DNA of 63,881 nucleotides, the filler included, from Folioceros fuciformis (taxonomy: Eukaryota), in the NCBI GenBank assembly GCA_049999805.1. It is 6 parts of 6 records of this genome, joined end to end, with 100 filler letters (N's around TTAATTAATTAA, not from the genome) between each part and the next. Parts side by side here need not be neighbours in the genome. Positions count along the whole stretch, not along the records: positions 1 to 22,378 come from JBNGIO010005873.1; 5 more parts are not named here. One strand, 5' to 3'. The notes under the pieces were generated by a model, which was not told where the DNA came from, searched no databases, and saw only the letters and a program-made list of their open reading frames with translations. Position numbers and translations under genes: made by a program. Positions within the stretch are counted from its first letter, which is position 1. Each line of letters begins with the position of its first letter. This document shows positions 1-11,717 of this stretch, piece after piece.

Positions 1-256
1 CCTGCACATGGAGGTTTGCACTTATGTACATGTACATATTACTCCCATTTACACCTACTGGCCATGCTTCCATTAGTCTGTTGTCAGCACGCTCTTTGTC
101 ATTGGCCGGCAACGAGCCCTGAACGCCGGCCGCGAGCCCTGAATGCCGGCCATGGTGTGACAACCGGATCCCTTGTGGACCCAACGAATGGATGCCTTTC
201 ACTTTGAAGGCTAGCGAGTGAGGCCTTGGCAAACGATCAAGCCTCCAGGCGGCACC

Positions 257-342
257 TGGTGGACTTCAATCTGCCAGATGTGGTGAACAGAAAGTTGCTC
301 GCCACGTTTGTGACAAAGGATGTGGCGACATGGAAATGCCCA
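257..342 (+). pseudogene. Decayed relic of a PPR S/P motif junction
   Basis: cctggtggac...gatgtggtgaacagaaagttgctcgccacgtttgtgacaaaggatgtggcgacatggaaatgccc aligns by eye, with indels, to the LVDMYAKCG...TKDVVTWNA coding DNA of the neighbouring PPR genes. Confidence 0.55.
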
Positions 343-685
343 GGGGATTGCCCTGTATGACCAGATGGAGCACGACGATGGCCTGTGTCACGCCGTTACT
401 CGGCCCATCTCCATCCCCGTCCTCCTGTCATACCACAAACCCTAGAGTGTCTCCTGACAAGTCTTCACCAGCCTTGAACCCTGTCCCAGCCTGCTCCGTC
501 CTGGGGCACCCTGAACCACCACTTTCATTTGGACGACAAAACCTGCATGGAGCGGCCATGGAAATTTAAGTCATACTGCTTTCACGATACGGCATCCGAG
601 CCACTTCGTATCACGTACATTATGTAACTTGGCATCCTGACCTTGGTTGCTGGCAGACTCATCTTCTGACGGGGATCCGTGAACG

Positions 686-3600
686 ATGACCACTGTATGG
701 CAACCAGACCCGGTGTGGACCCAACAGATAGGTATCGGGGTGCGCACAGGGATTCTATCAGCAGCTCCCGCTCACCAAGACTTAGGAAGTGAACTCCGGG
801 CAGACAAAGCCTCCAGGTGCAGCAGTGGAAGGAACCCAGCGCTTCCAGTCGATAGAACGTGTGTGGGTGGGGACGGGTTGCCCAGCGATGCCCATCGTTG
901 TCGGCAGCAGGAGCACTTGTGGCAACAGTTTTTTCTGGATCCTACCATGTGGTGGGACAACAGACGAGAGAAGAGGAGCTCCCGTTCCCCTGACTTCCGG
1001 CGTAAGGGGTCAGGAGAGGTGCTGTGGTTGAACAACATGTTTAAGCCAGCGTGGGTTGATGAGCAGCTCATGTGCATGGATATGCAGATGGGACATGGTG
1101 CCTCTCCTTCCGAGTCCAGCACTCCGGATAATCCTGAACCTAGGATGTGGGCAACATCGGAAATTGGCATCGTTACTGCTGTTACCGTGAGCACGTTATG
1201 TAAGCAGGGGAGACTTTCTGAGGCCGTTGGAGCCCTGGAATCTCTGTCGCAGACAGCCTCTGCCATTTCCCGATCTCTGCTTTAGACTGTGCTGAAACTG
1301 TGTATAGCAAAGAAGGATTTGGTTGTGGGGCGACGAGTTCATCACCTCAGTGTCAAATTTGGGTTCGAGTCGAATGCGTACTTGGGGAACCACATTGTGC
1401 GCATGTATGCATGTGGAGGTAGGCTAGAGGAGGCCATGGATGTGTTCACCAGAGTAAAGAAACCGGATGCCTTCCTGTGGTCTTCCATAATCTCCGCATA
1501 CGCTAAGCATGGGAAACCGAATGAGGCCGTCCAACTGTACCATGCGATGCGTAGGTCAGGGGTTGAAGCGGATGCCCACGTTTTTGTATCTGCCCTTCAA
1601 GCTTGTGCATTTGCCGGCGATTTGGAATCTGGCAAGAAACTGCACTGTGATGTGGCGCAAAATGGCATGGCTACCAACTTGTTTGTTGGCAACTGCCTGG
1701 TGGACATGTATGGAAAATGTGGCAACATGAAAGATGCACGCCACGTTTTTGACACTATGGCTACAAAGGATGTGGTGACATGGACAGTGCTGATTGCTGG
1801 GTATGCAAAATGTGGCGATCTGGAAGCTGCACGTCAGATATTTGACAGCATGAAGAAAAAGAATGTGGTGACATGGAATGCCCTAATAGCTCGGTATGCC
1901 CAGCAAGGGCTGGGACGTGAGGCGCTTCTTCTGTATGAGCAGATGGAGAAGAAGGGCCTTATCTTGGCTGACCATTTCACTTTTCGTCTCCTTCTGAAGG
2001 CCTGTGCAAGCACGGGTGCCTTCCAGAAGGGCAGGCAGCTGCACTCACAGATTGTGGAAAGGGGTCTGCTGGATGACGTAGTGCCTGGTGGACGTGTATG
2101 CAAAATGTGGTAAACTGGAAGATGCACGCCAGGGATTTAACAGCATGAACAGAAAGGATGTGGTTACATGGACAGCTATGATAGCCGGGTATGCGGAGCA
2201 AGCCCTCAGTCGAGAGGCGCTTGTTCTGTATGGACAAATGGAGGAAGCGGGCCTTATTTTGGCTGATCATGTTACTTTTGCTTGCCTGTTGAAGGCCTGT
2301 GGAAGCACTGGCGCCCTACAGAAGGGCAGGCAGCTGCACTTACAGATTGTGGAGAAAGGACTGCTAGATGACAAAATGGTGGGGACCTGCCTGGTGGACA
2401 TGTATGCAAAATCTGGTGCACTAGAAGATGCACGCCAGGTTTTTGAAAGCTTAGCTACAAAGGATGTGGTGACATGGAACGCCCTGATAACTGGGTATAC
2501 ACAGCAAGGACTCGGCCACGAGGCACTTGCTATTTATGAACAAATGGAGCACGACGTCTTGCTTGTGGCTGACGATGTCACCTTCGCTTGCCTTCTCAAG
2601 GCCTGTGCGAATTCTGGTGCCATACAGAAGGGCAGGCAGCTGCACTCTCAGATTCTCAAAAGAGGATTGCTGGGCAACGTAGTGTTGGGCAACTGCCTCG
2701 TGGACATGTATGCAAAATGTGGCAAACTGGGGGCTGCACGCCAGGTTTTTGGCAGCTTGACCACAAAGAACGTGGTGACGTGGACCGCCCTAATATCTGG
2801 GTATGGTGCTTGTGATGAAGGTCACAAGGCACTAGCTTGTTTTGAAGAGATGTTAGCTGCTGGCGTTCTGCCTAATGAAGCAACGTTAACTTGCCTTTTA
2901 GTAGCATGCAGTCATGGGGGACTGGTCACTGAGGGTCTCAAGTACTTCGATTCCATGGCTGAACAGTATAACATCAAACCTACTATTGAGCATTGCATTT
3001 GCATGATTGACCTTCTTGGGCGTGCAGGCCACTTAGAAGAGGCGGAGAAGATGCTAATTTCATGTGAGGGCCATAATAATGTCGTGGGGTTGACTTCTTT
3101 GTTGAATGCCTGCAAAAGCCACGGGGATATAGACAGGGCGGTGTGGTGTTTTGAAAACATTGTTAGGCTGGATCCTCAAAGGGCGTCTGCCTATGTGCTC
3201 ATGGCCAATGCGTACGCAGACGCAGGTAGGTGGAGTGATGTTGACAGGATTGAAACACAGAGAATAGCAGCAGGAGCTAACAAGAAACCTGCAGTGGCGA
3301 CCATTGAGGTGAACAAGCAGATACATCGATTTCTGGTGGGTGATAAAAGAGAGGATATTGCGCTGAAGGTAGAGAGCACGAATGCTCGTCTGAAGCACGA
3401 AGGGGGCCATGTACCAGAGACGAAGTTGGTGCTGAAGACACTTTCTGAAAAGGGAAAAGGAGGATGGGCTTTGTGGGCATGCTGAGAAGTTAGCTCTGGC
3501 GTTCGGTCTCTTGAACACTCCGAATGGCACACCTCTGGTGGTGACTAAGAATCTACGCATGTGCAGTGACTGCCACAGTTCCACGCAGATCATGTCAAGG

Positions 3601-3687
3601 CTTGAACAGAGAGATATTGTTGTAAGGGATGGGTACCGGGTGCATCGGTTTGCAGCGGGTTCTTGCAGTTGTAAGGGTCGACTGTGA
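686..3687 (+). pseudogene. Disrupted PDF-motif/PLS-PPR/E/DYW:KP (GRP-like) gene
   Basis: Colinear with the intact paralog at 7548-9944. Lesions: in-frame TAG at 1283-1285 (TGC/TAC in paralogs), an ~11-nt deletion near 2083 (frameshift) and a +1 G near 3454 (frameshift just before CGHAEK). The repaired frame ends ...HRFAAGSCSCKGRL* at 3687. Confidence 0.88.
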
Positions 3688-6058
3688 GAATAATGAAGGA
3701 CGGCCGTGCTCAAGTGTGTACCCCAAAGAGTATCGCTTTCTTTTCCTGCGGGTGAATGTGCCGGCTGGAGTTCATCCCTATCCAAGCTGGGACATGGACG
3801 GACAAGCACAGTCCGTGTTTGTTGGCTCATTTGGTGGTGAGGATGCCGTGCTGGACTGGTGTGGCACGGCCCCTACGCTCCTGCTCTCCCATGCGCTTGT
3901 TTATTTCTGAGGTTTCATAGGAGCCTTGGTATCTCGAACCTCAGCTCCCTCTCTGTGGCCTCTCAGGAGATGAGTCAGGTAGCACCTCCCGCATGCTTCT
4001 TTTCCTCCATGCGTGCTCATGTATTTGCTCTTTGTCTGTTTCTTCCACCGCGTCTTCTTCCTTTCTCTGCATGTCTTCCTTCTTCGGGCTCCTCGTCTTC
4101 CCACCTGCTGTCAATGGGGGATGTGGATGTAAGACCAAGCGACAGTGGCAGGAATTTCAGCTACCCGACAAGCAAGCGCAGATTCATCCTTACAGATCTG
4201 CATTCCCAGATAGAAAGTCTCCCTCCCCAGCAATCTACCTCTCTTCCACCATGCTGCTCCTTCTATCACATCAAGGCAGGTTCTGCCTTCTACTACCCAT
4301 CCCCTCTCAACACGTCCCACCTTTGCAGGTTAAACCCCTTTACACCACCAACCCCCTCCCTCTGGTCCCCGCTTAAGACACAACTGCAGATCTGACTCGT
4401 TGCCCTACCCAGCGTATCCTCCCCCTGTCCCGTCTCCCTCACCTACCCTTCTCTTTGCTGAACTCCTCATCCCGCGCTGTAAAGACCCACAAGCCACACC
4501 CTGTTTTTCCGTGTAGATTAACTCATCTTATTTGGATGTTGTGGATGCACGACTTAGGATTTCATGCGTAGCAACGGGGTCTGGGGGATAGAGTACTGTT
4601 GGGTGGGGTGATCATCGCATCCTCAACCGGCCCCAGAGCTCAGAACATTGTAAGAGGCGTTTTGGGTGTGGGCAGTAGAGAGTAAGAAGAATAGGGTCAG
4701 GCATCTTAGCCATACGACACTAAAAAGTCATGCCTGAACCTCTCATTGTTCCGGTGCTTGCTGTAGGTCTCAGCATCTAGAGTGTCAGTGCTGAATCCAT
4801 CAACCTGATGACTGTAAGCTTTCAACTTTTGTGAGATTCAAGTTCACGCTTCTTTAGGAGGCTCCTTCTCTAATTCTGTGGGTGTGTCACTTCGTGCAGG
4901 CAATGTGTGCGTGGGATACCAACAAGATAAGGTGTAACTTGGATTCCTGCTTTCCTCCAGTGGCTGGCATAGTCAGCCGGTGGTCAACTAGTTTGCCGGA
5001 TTGTCTTGCAGCCATGTATGTGCTTCCCCACCTTCTCTCTATCAACGAAGCTTGGTCCAGGATAATGTATACTCATGAGACAGCCAGCCTGCGTCAGAAA
5101 TTCCAGGGCTTCAACCTTCCCAGTAAAGTTCCGTGCCGACACAACGTGTTCATTCATGAGGTAGACCCATCTGTACATCCAAAGAACAGAGATGCTCGTC
5201 CACCCAAGCTGGATTAAACGAGCTGTTTAACCACAGGATCTTCCCGAAGGATGTACACTTGTGAGCAGCAGTTAGGGAGGATTGCGAAGGTTGGTTTCCA
5301 TGATCTATTTTTTAGTGTGCTCTGACTGGTTCTAGGAGTTTCAAAACATTCCTAAGAGGGCTAGTTATGCTGTTTACAGATTGAAGTAATGGGCGAGCTT
5401 TGCCACGAAAGAAGAGAAATGGGCCAAGGGCATGGTATACAAATTGAAGTGATGGACGAGGTTTGCCATGAAAGGAGATGAGAAGTAGATCCGCGAGAAA
5501 TTGATCAGGCCGGTAGGTTTGGACCCAGTCCTTCCCACAGTATCCATTCTCGGGGTTTCTTTCGCCTCCTACATGTCCGCCACTTCCTTGGCCCTATCTG
5601 CCAACTCAACTGCAAGCACACCTCTACTGCGAATCTTCGCTGTCGGGTGGTCTTGAGGGAATTTTCGGGGCATCCTCCGGGCCGGCCTGCCCAATGAAAT
5701 CATATCTCCGAAGTTGGGCACTTGGATGATCAGCATTTGGCGATTGGTATTCGCAGATGCAAGGACCCGGCAACAGGTAGTCTACATTTCCGCAACGTCA
5801 TTAGGCTTAGAAGTTCAAACGCAAAAGAATTTCTACGGTCCATGCCTGGCTACTGCCTATATCAGCCATGGTGGGGAGCGCGTTGTACCGACCCTCCTCT
5901 TCCCTTCCCTGGCTTGACCGTTCCCCTCTCGTAGATTGCACATTTGGAATGACCCTGACAGACACTGTGCGGAGCTCTCGCGTGTTGCAACATGTATCCG
6001 GCGGAGGGAATTCGCAGGAACTGTGAACTTTTCCTAGGCTCGTTTCCTTTCGTTAGAG

Positions 6059-6793
6059 GTCATGCCATCTCCACTCAGCCACTGGCAACAGAACTAGAAG
6101 AGGGTCCGGGTGGAAACGAGCCTGGGGTCGGTCCCCTTACCGAGGGGTATTCGGTTTCGAGGAACAGCATCGGGTTCCAGGTGAGTCTGCTGGTCCTCGG
6201 GTTTCGAAATGCCGGCAATAGGTCGAACACGTTCCTGCTTTGGGCCTTCCTTCATCGTGCGGAGGAGCAGTTGTAACCGTAGGATGAATTGTCTGGTGGT
6301 GAAGCAGCTACTGAAGAAGTCGGGATGGAAGGAGGGCTCAGGCCTTGGAGCAGCAGAGCAGGTTAGAGAACTTTCTGCGCCACAGAGGCTTGTGGGTGTT
6401 CGAACTTGGTCTGCTTCAAACCGTTTCTCAAGGGGGCAGAGTGGACTGGAGTTGTGCGTTACTGGTTGCAGGGAATTCTCACTCCCTTACAGCCTCAAAT
6501 CAAAATTGGACGGGAGGGTATAGGATCATCTACTGATCATACTCGAGACACGTTTGATTCAACGCCGCCACGGAGCCGCAAGGTTGGTCTGTCCTCGCAA
6601 CTCTTGACTGCAAAGCTCTTGCTTCTTGTTCTGACTTCGAGACGGGTGAGGAGCGGCCGCTCTCCAGAGACTGAAGAATGATAAGGCGAAGCGGTCCAAG
6701 GGATCAAGGAAGCGATTAAGAAATGCTGTGGATGACGAAATGGGGATGACACCATCGCAGCGAGATATCGATTACAGGACACACTTCTCGTAA
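6059..6793 (+). CDS. G-patch domain protein (spliced; 5' end not resolved)
   Basis: Exons joined at GT-AG introns (..6180 | 6308-6361 | 6472-~6582 | last exon to TAA at 6793) give SRNSIGFQ-LLKKSGWKEGSGLGAAEQ-GILTPLQPQIKIGREGIGS, a G-patch consensus, followed by a basic C-terminal tail. Confidence 0.7.
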
Positions 6794-7547
6794 GGATAAA
6801 TGTCTCATGTCATAAGAAATTTTTGGCCTCAACGACGAGCTTCATGAACAAAACCGTAAGCCATTATTGGATGTTTAGCATTCTTTTTTCCCTTTCTTCT
6901 TCTTTTTTTCTGGTTTGTTGATTTATGAATATATCCCCTTAACACATGGTGGTTGTACGTGGGAAGGAATTTCAGTACGACTCAATTCCAACTGGCCCAT
7001 GTCCCAACAAGCAGCAAGGATAATGGGCAGCTAACTCCAAGAAAACGGGGATCTTATATTTGTATTATTTAGCGAAATTTTGACATCAGCAGTTCCATTT
7101 TGAATATGCTTGATGTGTATATATTCTAATTTTATTATTTTAATTGGATATAAAAATTCTAAGAAAATAATATAGATAGATATTCATTATGAACAAATCC
7201 TACATAAGAAGCAAAATTCCATACACACAACACGAAGCAGTGTCACGTATTACCATACAACTGTGCACTGAAAAGTGACGAATGGCCCACCACGAGATCG
7301 GTATTGTATAGACCTTACACAGGCAAAATCTTGCCGAATATTTGGGTGAAAAAAGAGAAACCTCCCATCAGTACAGGGTGTGTCCAAACCATAGAAGCCT
7401 CTGATTTTTTTTGGGATCGAGGAGAGAACTGCTTGATCGATCTCCATGGTGGTAAGGCCATGCATGGTTGTAGGTGCACGGTGTTTGAGCGACCTGCCAT
7501 AGCTTGTTGTTGGGATCCCTGAATCTTCCGACAGGGATCCCCGAAAG

Positions 7548-9944
7548 ATGGTCACAGTGTGGCTACCGGACACGTTCTGGATCCAACAAATTGGTGTGTG
7601 CACAGGAATTCTACGAGGAAATCTATGTCACTTCACTTCAGCGAGTCAGGCCGTTGCACACAACCGAGCCTCCAGGTATGGCAGTGGAACGAGGGCGGCA
7701 CTACCACTGTCGAGGAGTTTTGTGGGTGGGGACGAGTCTTTCGATGATTCTCGTCGACGGGAGCAGGAGCACTTGTGGCAACAATTTTTCCTAGACCCTA
7801 CCATGTGGTGGGACAACAGACGAGCTCACAAGGGCTCCCGTCCGCCTCATTTCCGGCGGAAGGGTTCCGGCCAGGTACTGTGGTTGAACAACGTGTCTAA
7901 GCCTGCGTGGGTTGATGAGGAGCTCGTTTCCTTGGATACGCAGATGGGTTGTGGTGGTGCTTCTCGTTCGGAGTTGGGCTCTCTGGATAAGCCTGAACCT
8001 GGCAGGCGTGAGGGGTCGGTAGAGGGCGTTGTTACGGGTGGGACTGTGAGCACGTTATGCCAGCAGGGGAAGCTCTCTGAGGCCGTTGGAGCGCTGGAAT
8101 CTCTGGCGCAGACAGACTCTGCTGTTTCTCTGTCTTTGTTGTGCACTGTGCTGAAGCTGTGTACAGCTAAGAAGGATTTGGTTGTGGGGCGGCGGGTTCA
8201 TGATCTCTGTGTCAAGCTTGGGTACGAGTCGAATGCATACTTGGGTAATCATATCTTGCGCATGTATGCAGGTACAGGTAGGCTACGGGAGGCCATGGAT
8301 GTGTTCACCCGGGTAGGCAAGCCAGATGTGATCACGTGGGGTTCCATGATCTTTGCGTATGTTAAGCAGGGGAAACCTGATGACGCCATACAACTGTACC
8401 ATGAGATGCGTAGGTCAGGAGTTCAGGCGAATGGTCACGTCTTCGCAGCTGCGCTACAAGCTTGTGCAGTTGCTGCAGACTTGGAGTCTGGCAGAAAAGT
8501 GCACTGTGATGTGCTGCGCAGTGGTATTCAGTCTGACTTGGTTCTTCACAACTGCCTGGTGGACATGTATGCAAAATGTGGTGAGCTGAAAGTCGCACTC
8601 CAGGTTTTTGACAGCATGGACACAAAGGATGTGGTGACATGGACTGCCCTGATATCTGGGTATGCAAAATGTGGTGCACTGAAAGAAGCTCGCCATCTTT
8701 TTGAAAGCATGGACACGAAGAATGTGGTGACATGGAATGCCTTGATTGCTGGGTACGCAGAGCAAGGACTTGGACACGAGGCGCTTGTTCTGTATGGACA
8801 AATGGAGCAGGAGGGCCTGATTGTGGCTGACCATTTTACTTTTGCTTGCGTTCTGAAGGCCTGTGCAAGCACTGGTGCCGTACAAAAGGGCAGGCAGCTG
8901 CACTCACTGATTGTCGAAAGAGGGCTGCTGGATAACGTGGTGTTGGGCAACTGCCTCGTGGACATGTATGCTAAATGCGGCAATCTGGAAGCTGCAAGGC
9001 GGGTCTTTGACAGCTTGGCCACAAAGGATGTGGTAACCTGGAATGCCCTGATATCTGGGTACGGGACATGTGATGATGGTCTCAGAGCACTAGCTTGTTT
9101 TGAGGAGATGTTAGTTGCTGGCGTTCCGCCTGATGGAACTACTTTTACTTGCCTTCTAGTAGCATGCAGTCACGAGGGACTAATCCAGGAGGGTCGCAAC
9201 TACTTTGATGCCATGGTCGAACAGCATGGCATCAAACCTACTGTTGAGCATTACACCTGCATGATTGATCTTCTTGGGCGTGCAGGCCATTTGGATGAGG
9301 CTGAGAACATGCTATTATCATGCGGAGCCCAAAGTGATGTTGTTGGGTTGACATCTCTGTTGAATGCCTGCAAAAGTCACGGGGATGTAGAGAGGGCAGC
9401 ACGGTGTTTTGAAAACATTGTTAGGCTGGACCCTCAGTGGGCATCTGCCTATGTGCTCATGGCCAATGCCTATGCAGATGCAGGTAGGTGGAGTGATGTT
9501 GACAGGATTGAAACACAGAGAATGGCAGCAGGAGCTAACAAGAAACCTGCCGTGGCGACCATTGAGTTAAATAAGCAGGTACACAGATTTCTAGTGGGAG
9601 AAAGTAGAGACGATATTGCTCTTCAGTTAGAGAGCACGAATGCACGTCTGAAGCAGGAAGGGGGCCATGTACCACAGACAAAGTTGGTGTTGAAGGCACT
9701 GTCTGAGAAGGAAAAGGAGGATGCGCTTTGTGGGCATGCCGAGAAGTTAGCTCTGGCATTTGGTCTCTTGAACACTCCGAGTGGCACACCTCTGGTGGTG
9801 ACCAAGAATCTACGCATGTGCAGTGACTGCCACAGTTCCACACAGATCATGTCAAGGCTTGAACAGAGAGACATTGTTGTAAGGGATGGGTACCGTGTGC
9901 ATCGATTTGCAAATGGTGGTTGTAGTTGCAAGGGTCGACCGTGA
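7548..9944 (+). CDS. Intact PLS-class PPR protein with N-terminal OSB-like PDF motif, E1/E2 and DYW:KP 'GRP' domain (candidate U-to-C RNA editing factor)
   Basis: 798-aa intronless ORF with P-L-S (and SS) repeats. It has KKPAVATIE in place of the PG box, CGHAEKLA, KNLRMCSDCH and a C-terminal CSCKGRP. Confidence 0.93.
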   Translation: MVTVWLPDTFWIQQIGVCTGILRGNLCHFTSASQAVAHNRASRYGSGTRAALPLSRSFVGGDESFDDSRRREQEHLWQQFFLDPTMWWDNRRAHKGSRPPHFRRKGSGQVLWLNNVSKPAWVDEELVSLDTQMGCGGASRSELGSLDKPEPGRREGSVEGVVTGGTVSTLCQQGKLSEAVGALESLAQTDSAVSLSLLCTVLKLCTAKKDLVVGRRVHDLCVKLGYESNAYLGNHILRMYAGTGRLREAMDVFTRVGKPDVITWGSMIFAYVKQGKPDDAIQLYHEMRRSGVQANGHVFAAALQACAVAADLESGRKVHCDVLRSGIQSDLVLHNCLVDMYAKCGELKVALQVFDSMDTKDVVTWTALISGYAKCGALKEARHLFESMDTKNVVTWNALIAGYAEQGLGHEALVLYGQMEQEGLIVADHFTFACVLKACASTGAVQKGRQLHSLIVERGLLDNVVLGNCLVDMYAKCGNLEAARRVFDSLATKDVVTWNALISGYGTCDDGLRALACFEEMLVAGVPPDGTTFTCLLVACSHEGLIQEGRNYFDAMVEQHGIKPTVEHYTCMIDLLGRAGHLDEAENMLLSCGAQSDVVGLTSLLNACKSHGDVERAARCFENIVRLDPQWASAYVLMANAYADAGRWSDVDRIETQRMAAGANKKPAVATIELNKQVHRFLVGESRDDIALQLESTNARLKQEGGHVPQTKLVLKALSEKEKEDALCGHAEKLALAFGLLNTPSGTPLVVTKNLRMCSDCHSSTQIMSRLEQRDIVVRDGYRVHRFANGGCSCKGRP

Positions 9945-11717
9945 GAATAATGAAGGACTGGCCGTGCTCGGAATAGTGAAGGACTCGCTATGCTCAGGTG
10001 TGCGCAAGAGACTGTTGTTTCTCTTGGCATCAAGTGTGCTTCCTTGAACTCTATCCCTGTCAAACTGAGAGATGGACATGGGTCGCCGACAGTGACGCAC
10101 CTCTTGTCATAAGAGAGACGGTCAATGAATCCCGTACTTCACATACGTACTGTGAAGAAAGGGAGCTCAATCGTGAACAGAGCCCACGTCTTGTGGACAG
10201 CCGGGGATGTGTGAAGAAGTTGTCCAATGAAGAGAGGGCCCTTGCTAGCGTGAAAGGTACGCTCTGTGAAAAGCTTTGATGCAAGCCTTTCATCAACCGT
10301 CACATCCGTATGTGACGGACTTGGTGCAGCGGGACTTGCTTACGGATGTGACGGGTGATGAAAGACGTGGTACCAGGTCCAGATAGGCAGCAGGCATCCT
10401 GTACCTTGGTTGTTTTTCCCACGGACATGAAGTTCAAGGTGGGACGCCTTTCCCCGAAGATGATGCAGCTTCATGGCCAAACCCCTCTGTCCCCTGAAGG
10501 CCGGGGAAATTCAAAGAACCTGACTTGCTTCACGAGGTACCCCGCACGCAACTTCTTACAGTGTCAGTGGCAAAGCTGTTCTGAAAATGTACCATCCTCA
10601 CCACGTCCTCATGCCATGATTCCGTCATTGGGAACAGCCCTGACTTTCCAGACGTGGAATCCCAAACTGGATTCAAAAAGTTTTACACAAGTGTGTCAAA
10701 CGGAGAAGGAAGAGGAAGGAAGATTACTCAGACCACTTGCCTGTTTCTACCTGCAAGGACTGTCTTACGTTGCAGAGCCTTCTACCAGTCTATGACAAAA
10801 GTAGGAATAGTTGGAGTCGTCTCCCTGCAGAATCCTATGAACGTCTAGTTCAATGGCTTCACACGAATGTGTTGTCTGTTCTGCCGGCGAGCTCATGCCT
10901 CCGCACGAACTCGCCGCAGTGCCCAGCCAATAATGCTAGGAGAAACGTCTCCTGCTTTTCGGCAGACCTCGCTACCGACTTGTGAAACGATGCAACCATG
11001 CTTGATGCTGCTTGCGCCGTCTGCACCCTTCCATGCTTGCACTGTTCCCTGGGCCCCCCTGCTTCCAACCATCATGGATGACTTGGCTTCGAGGAGCACC
11101 CCAAGAACTAAGGAGAGCTTGTGCTCCTCGAGACTCAGAGCCTTTGTTCTCTAACAGTGCTGCCTGCTCTTGGACATGCACGAGCCGGCAAGGTCCAACA
11201 GCTCACACCGTTCCACAGTCCAGTCGACTTAAGTTATTCTGCAACCCAAGAGAGCAGCAAATGTTCAACCTCTGCACATAAACATGGATTAGGACGTGCT
11301 ATAGCTATGGGCTGCAGGTTTTTCAGACATGAATGACATGCAAGCCTCTCGGCGAGGTATCCTTGGCCCCTTATATACAATCTGTACACTGCAAAAGATC
11401 TTGCCCGAAGGCTGAAAATTCGAGGGTCAAAAGCACACAAACCCAGCACTTCAAGATCATCGTGTCTGTCCCATGTGTCCTTTTGTGGCACAGTTAAGGC
11501 CGATGCACACCTTGCAGGTGACAAGAGGGAATGCAGTTAGAAATTCAGGGAAAGAGCCATGACAGCTCACAAGGCTGATACGACTTCCGTAGCAGCACAC
11601 ATACATGAGAGGCAGGAAGTTATTTAACGAACTCCACCCCAGGACTTTTCTGCCTGACCTACTACAGAAGCTGCCATTGATTATTGTCAGGTCGAATACC
11701 GAGAAGTCTATCCTGAT

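Noticed and set aside
1283-1285. Idea that the in-frame UAG is repaired by U-to-C editing (UAG to CAG) as an autoregulatory switch
   Set aside because: The gene is nuclear, paralogs have TAC/TGC rather than CAG at this codon, and two additional frameshifts would still inactivate it.
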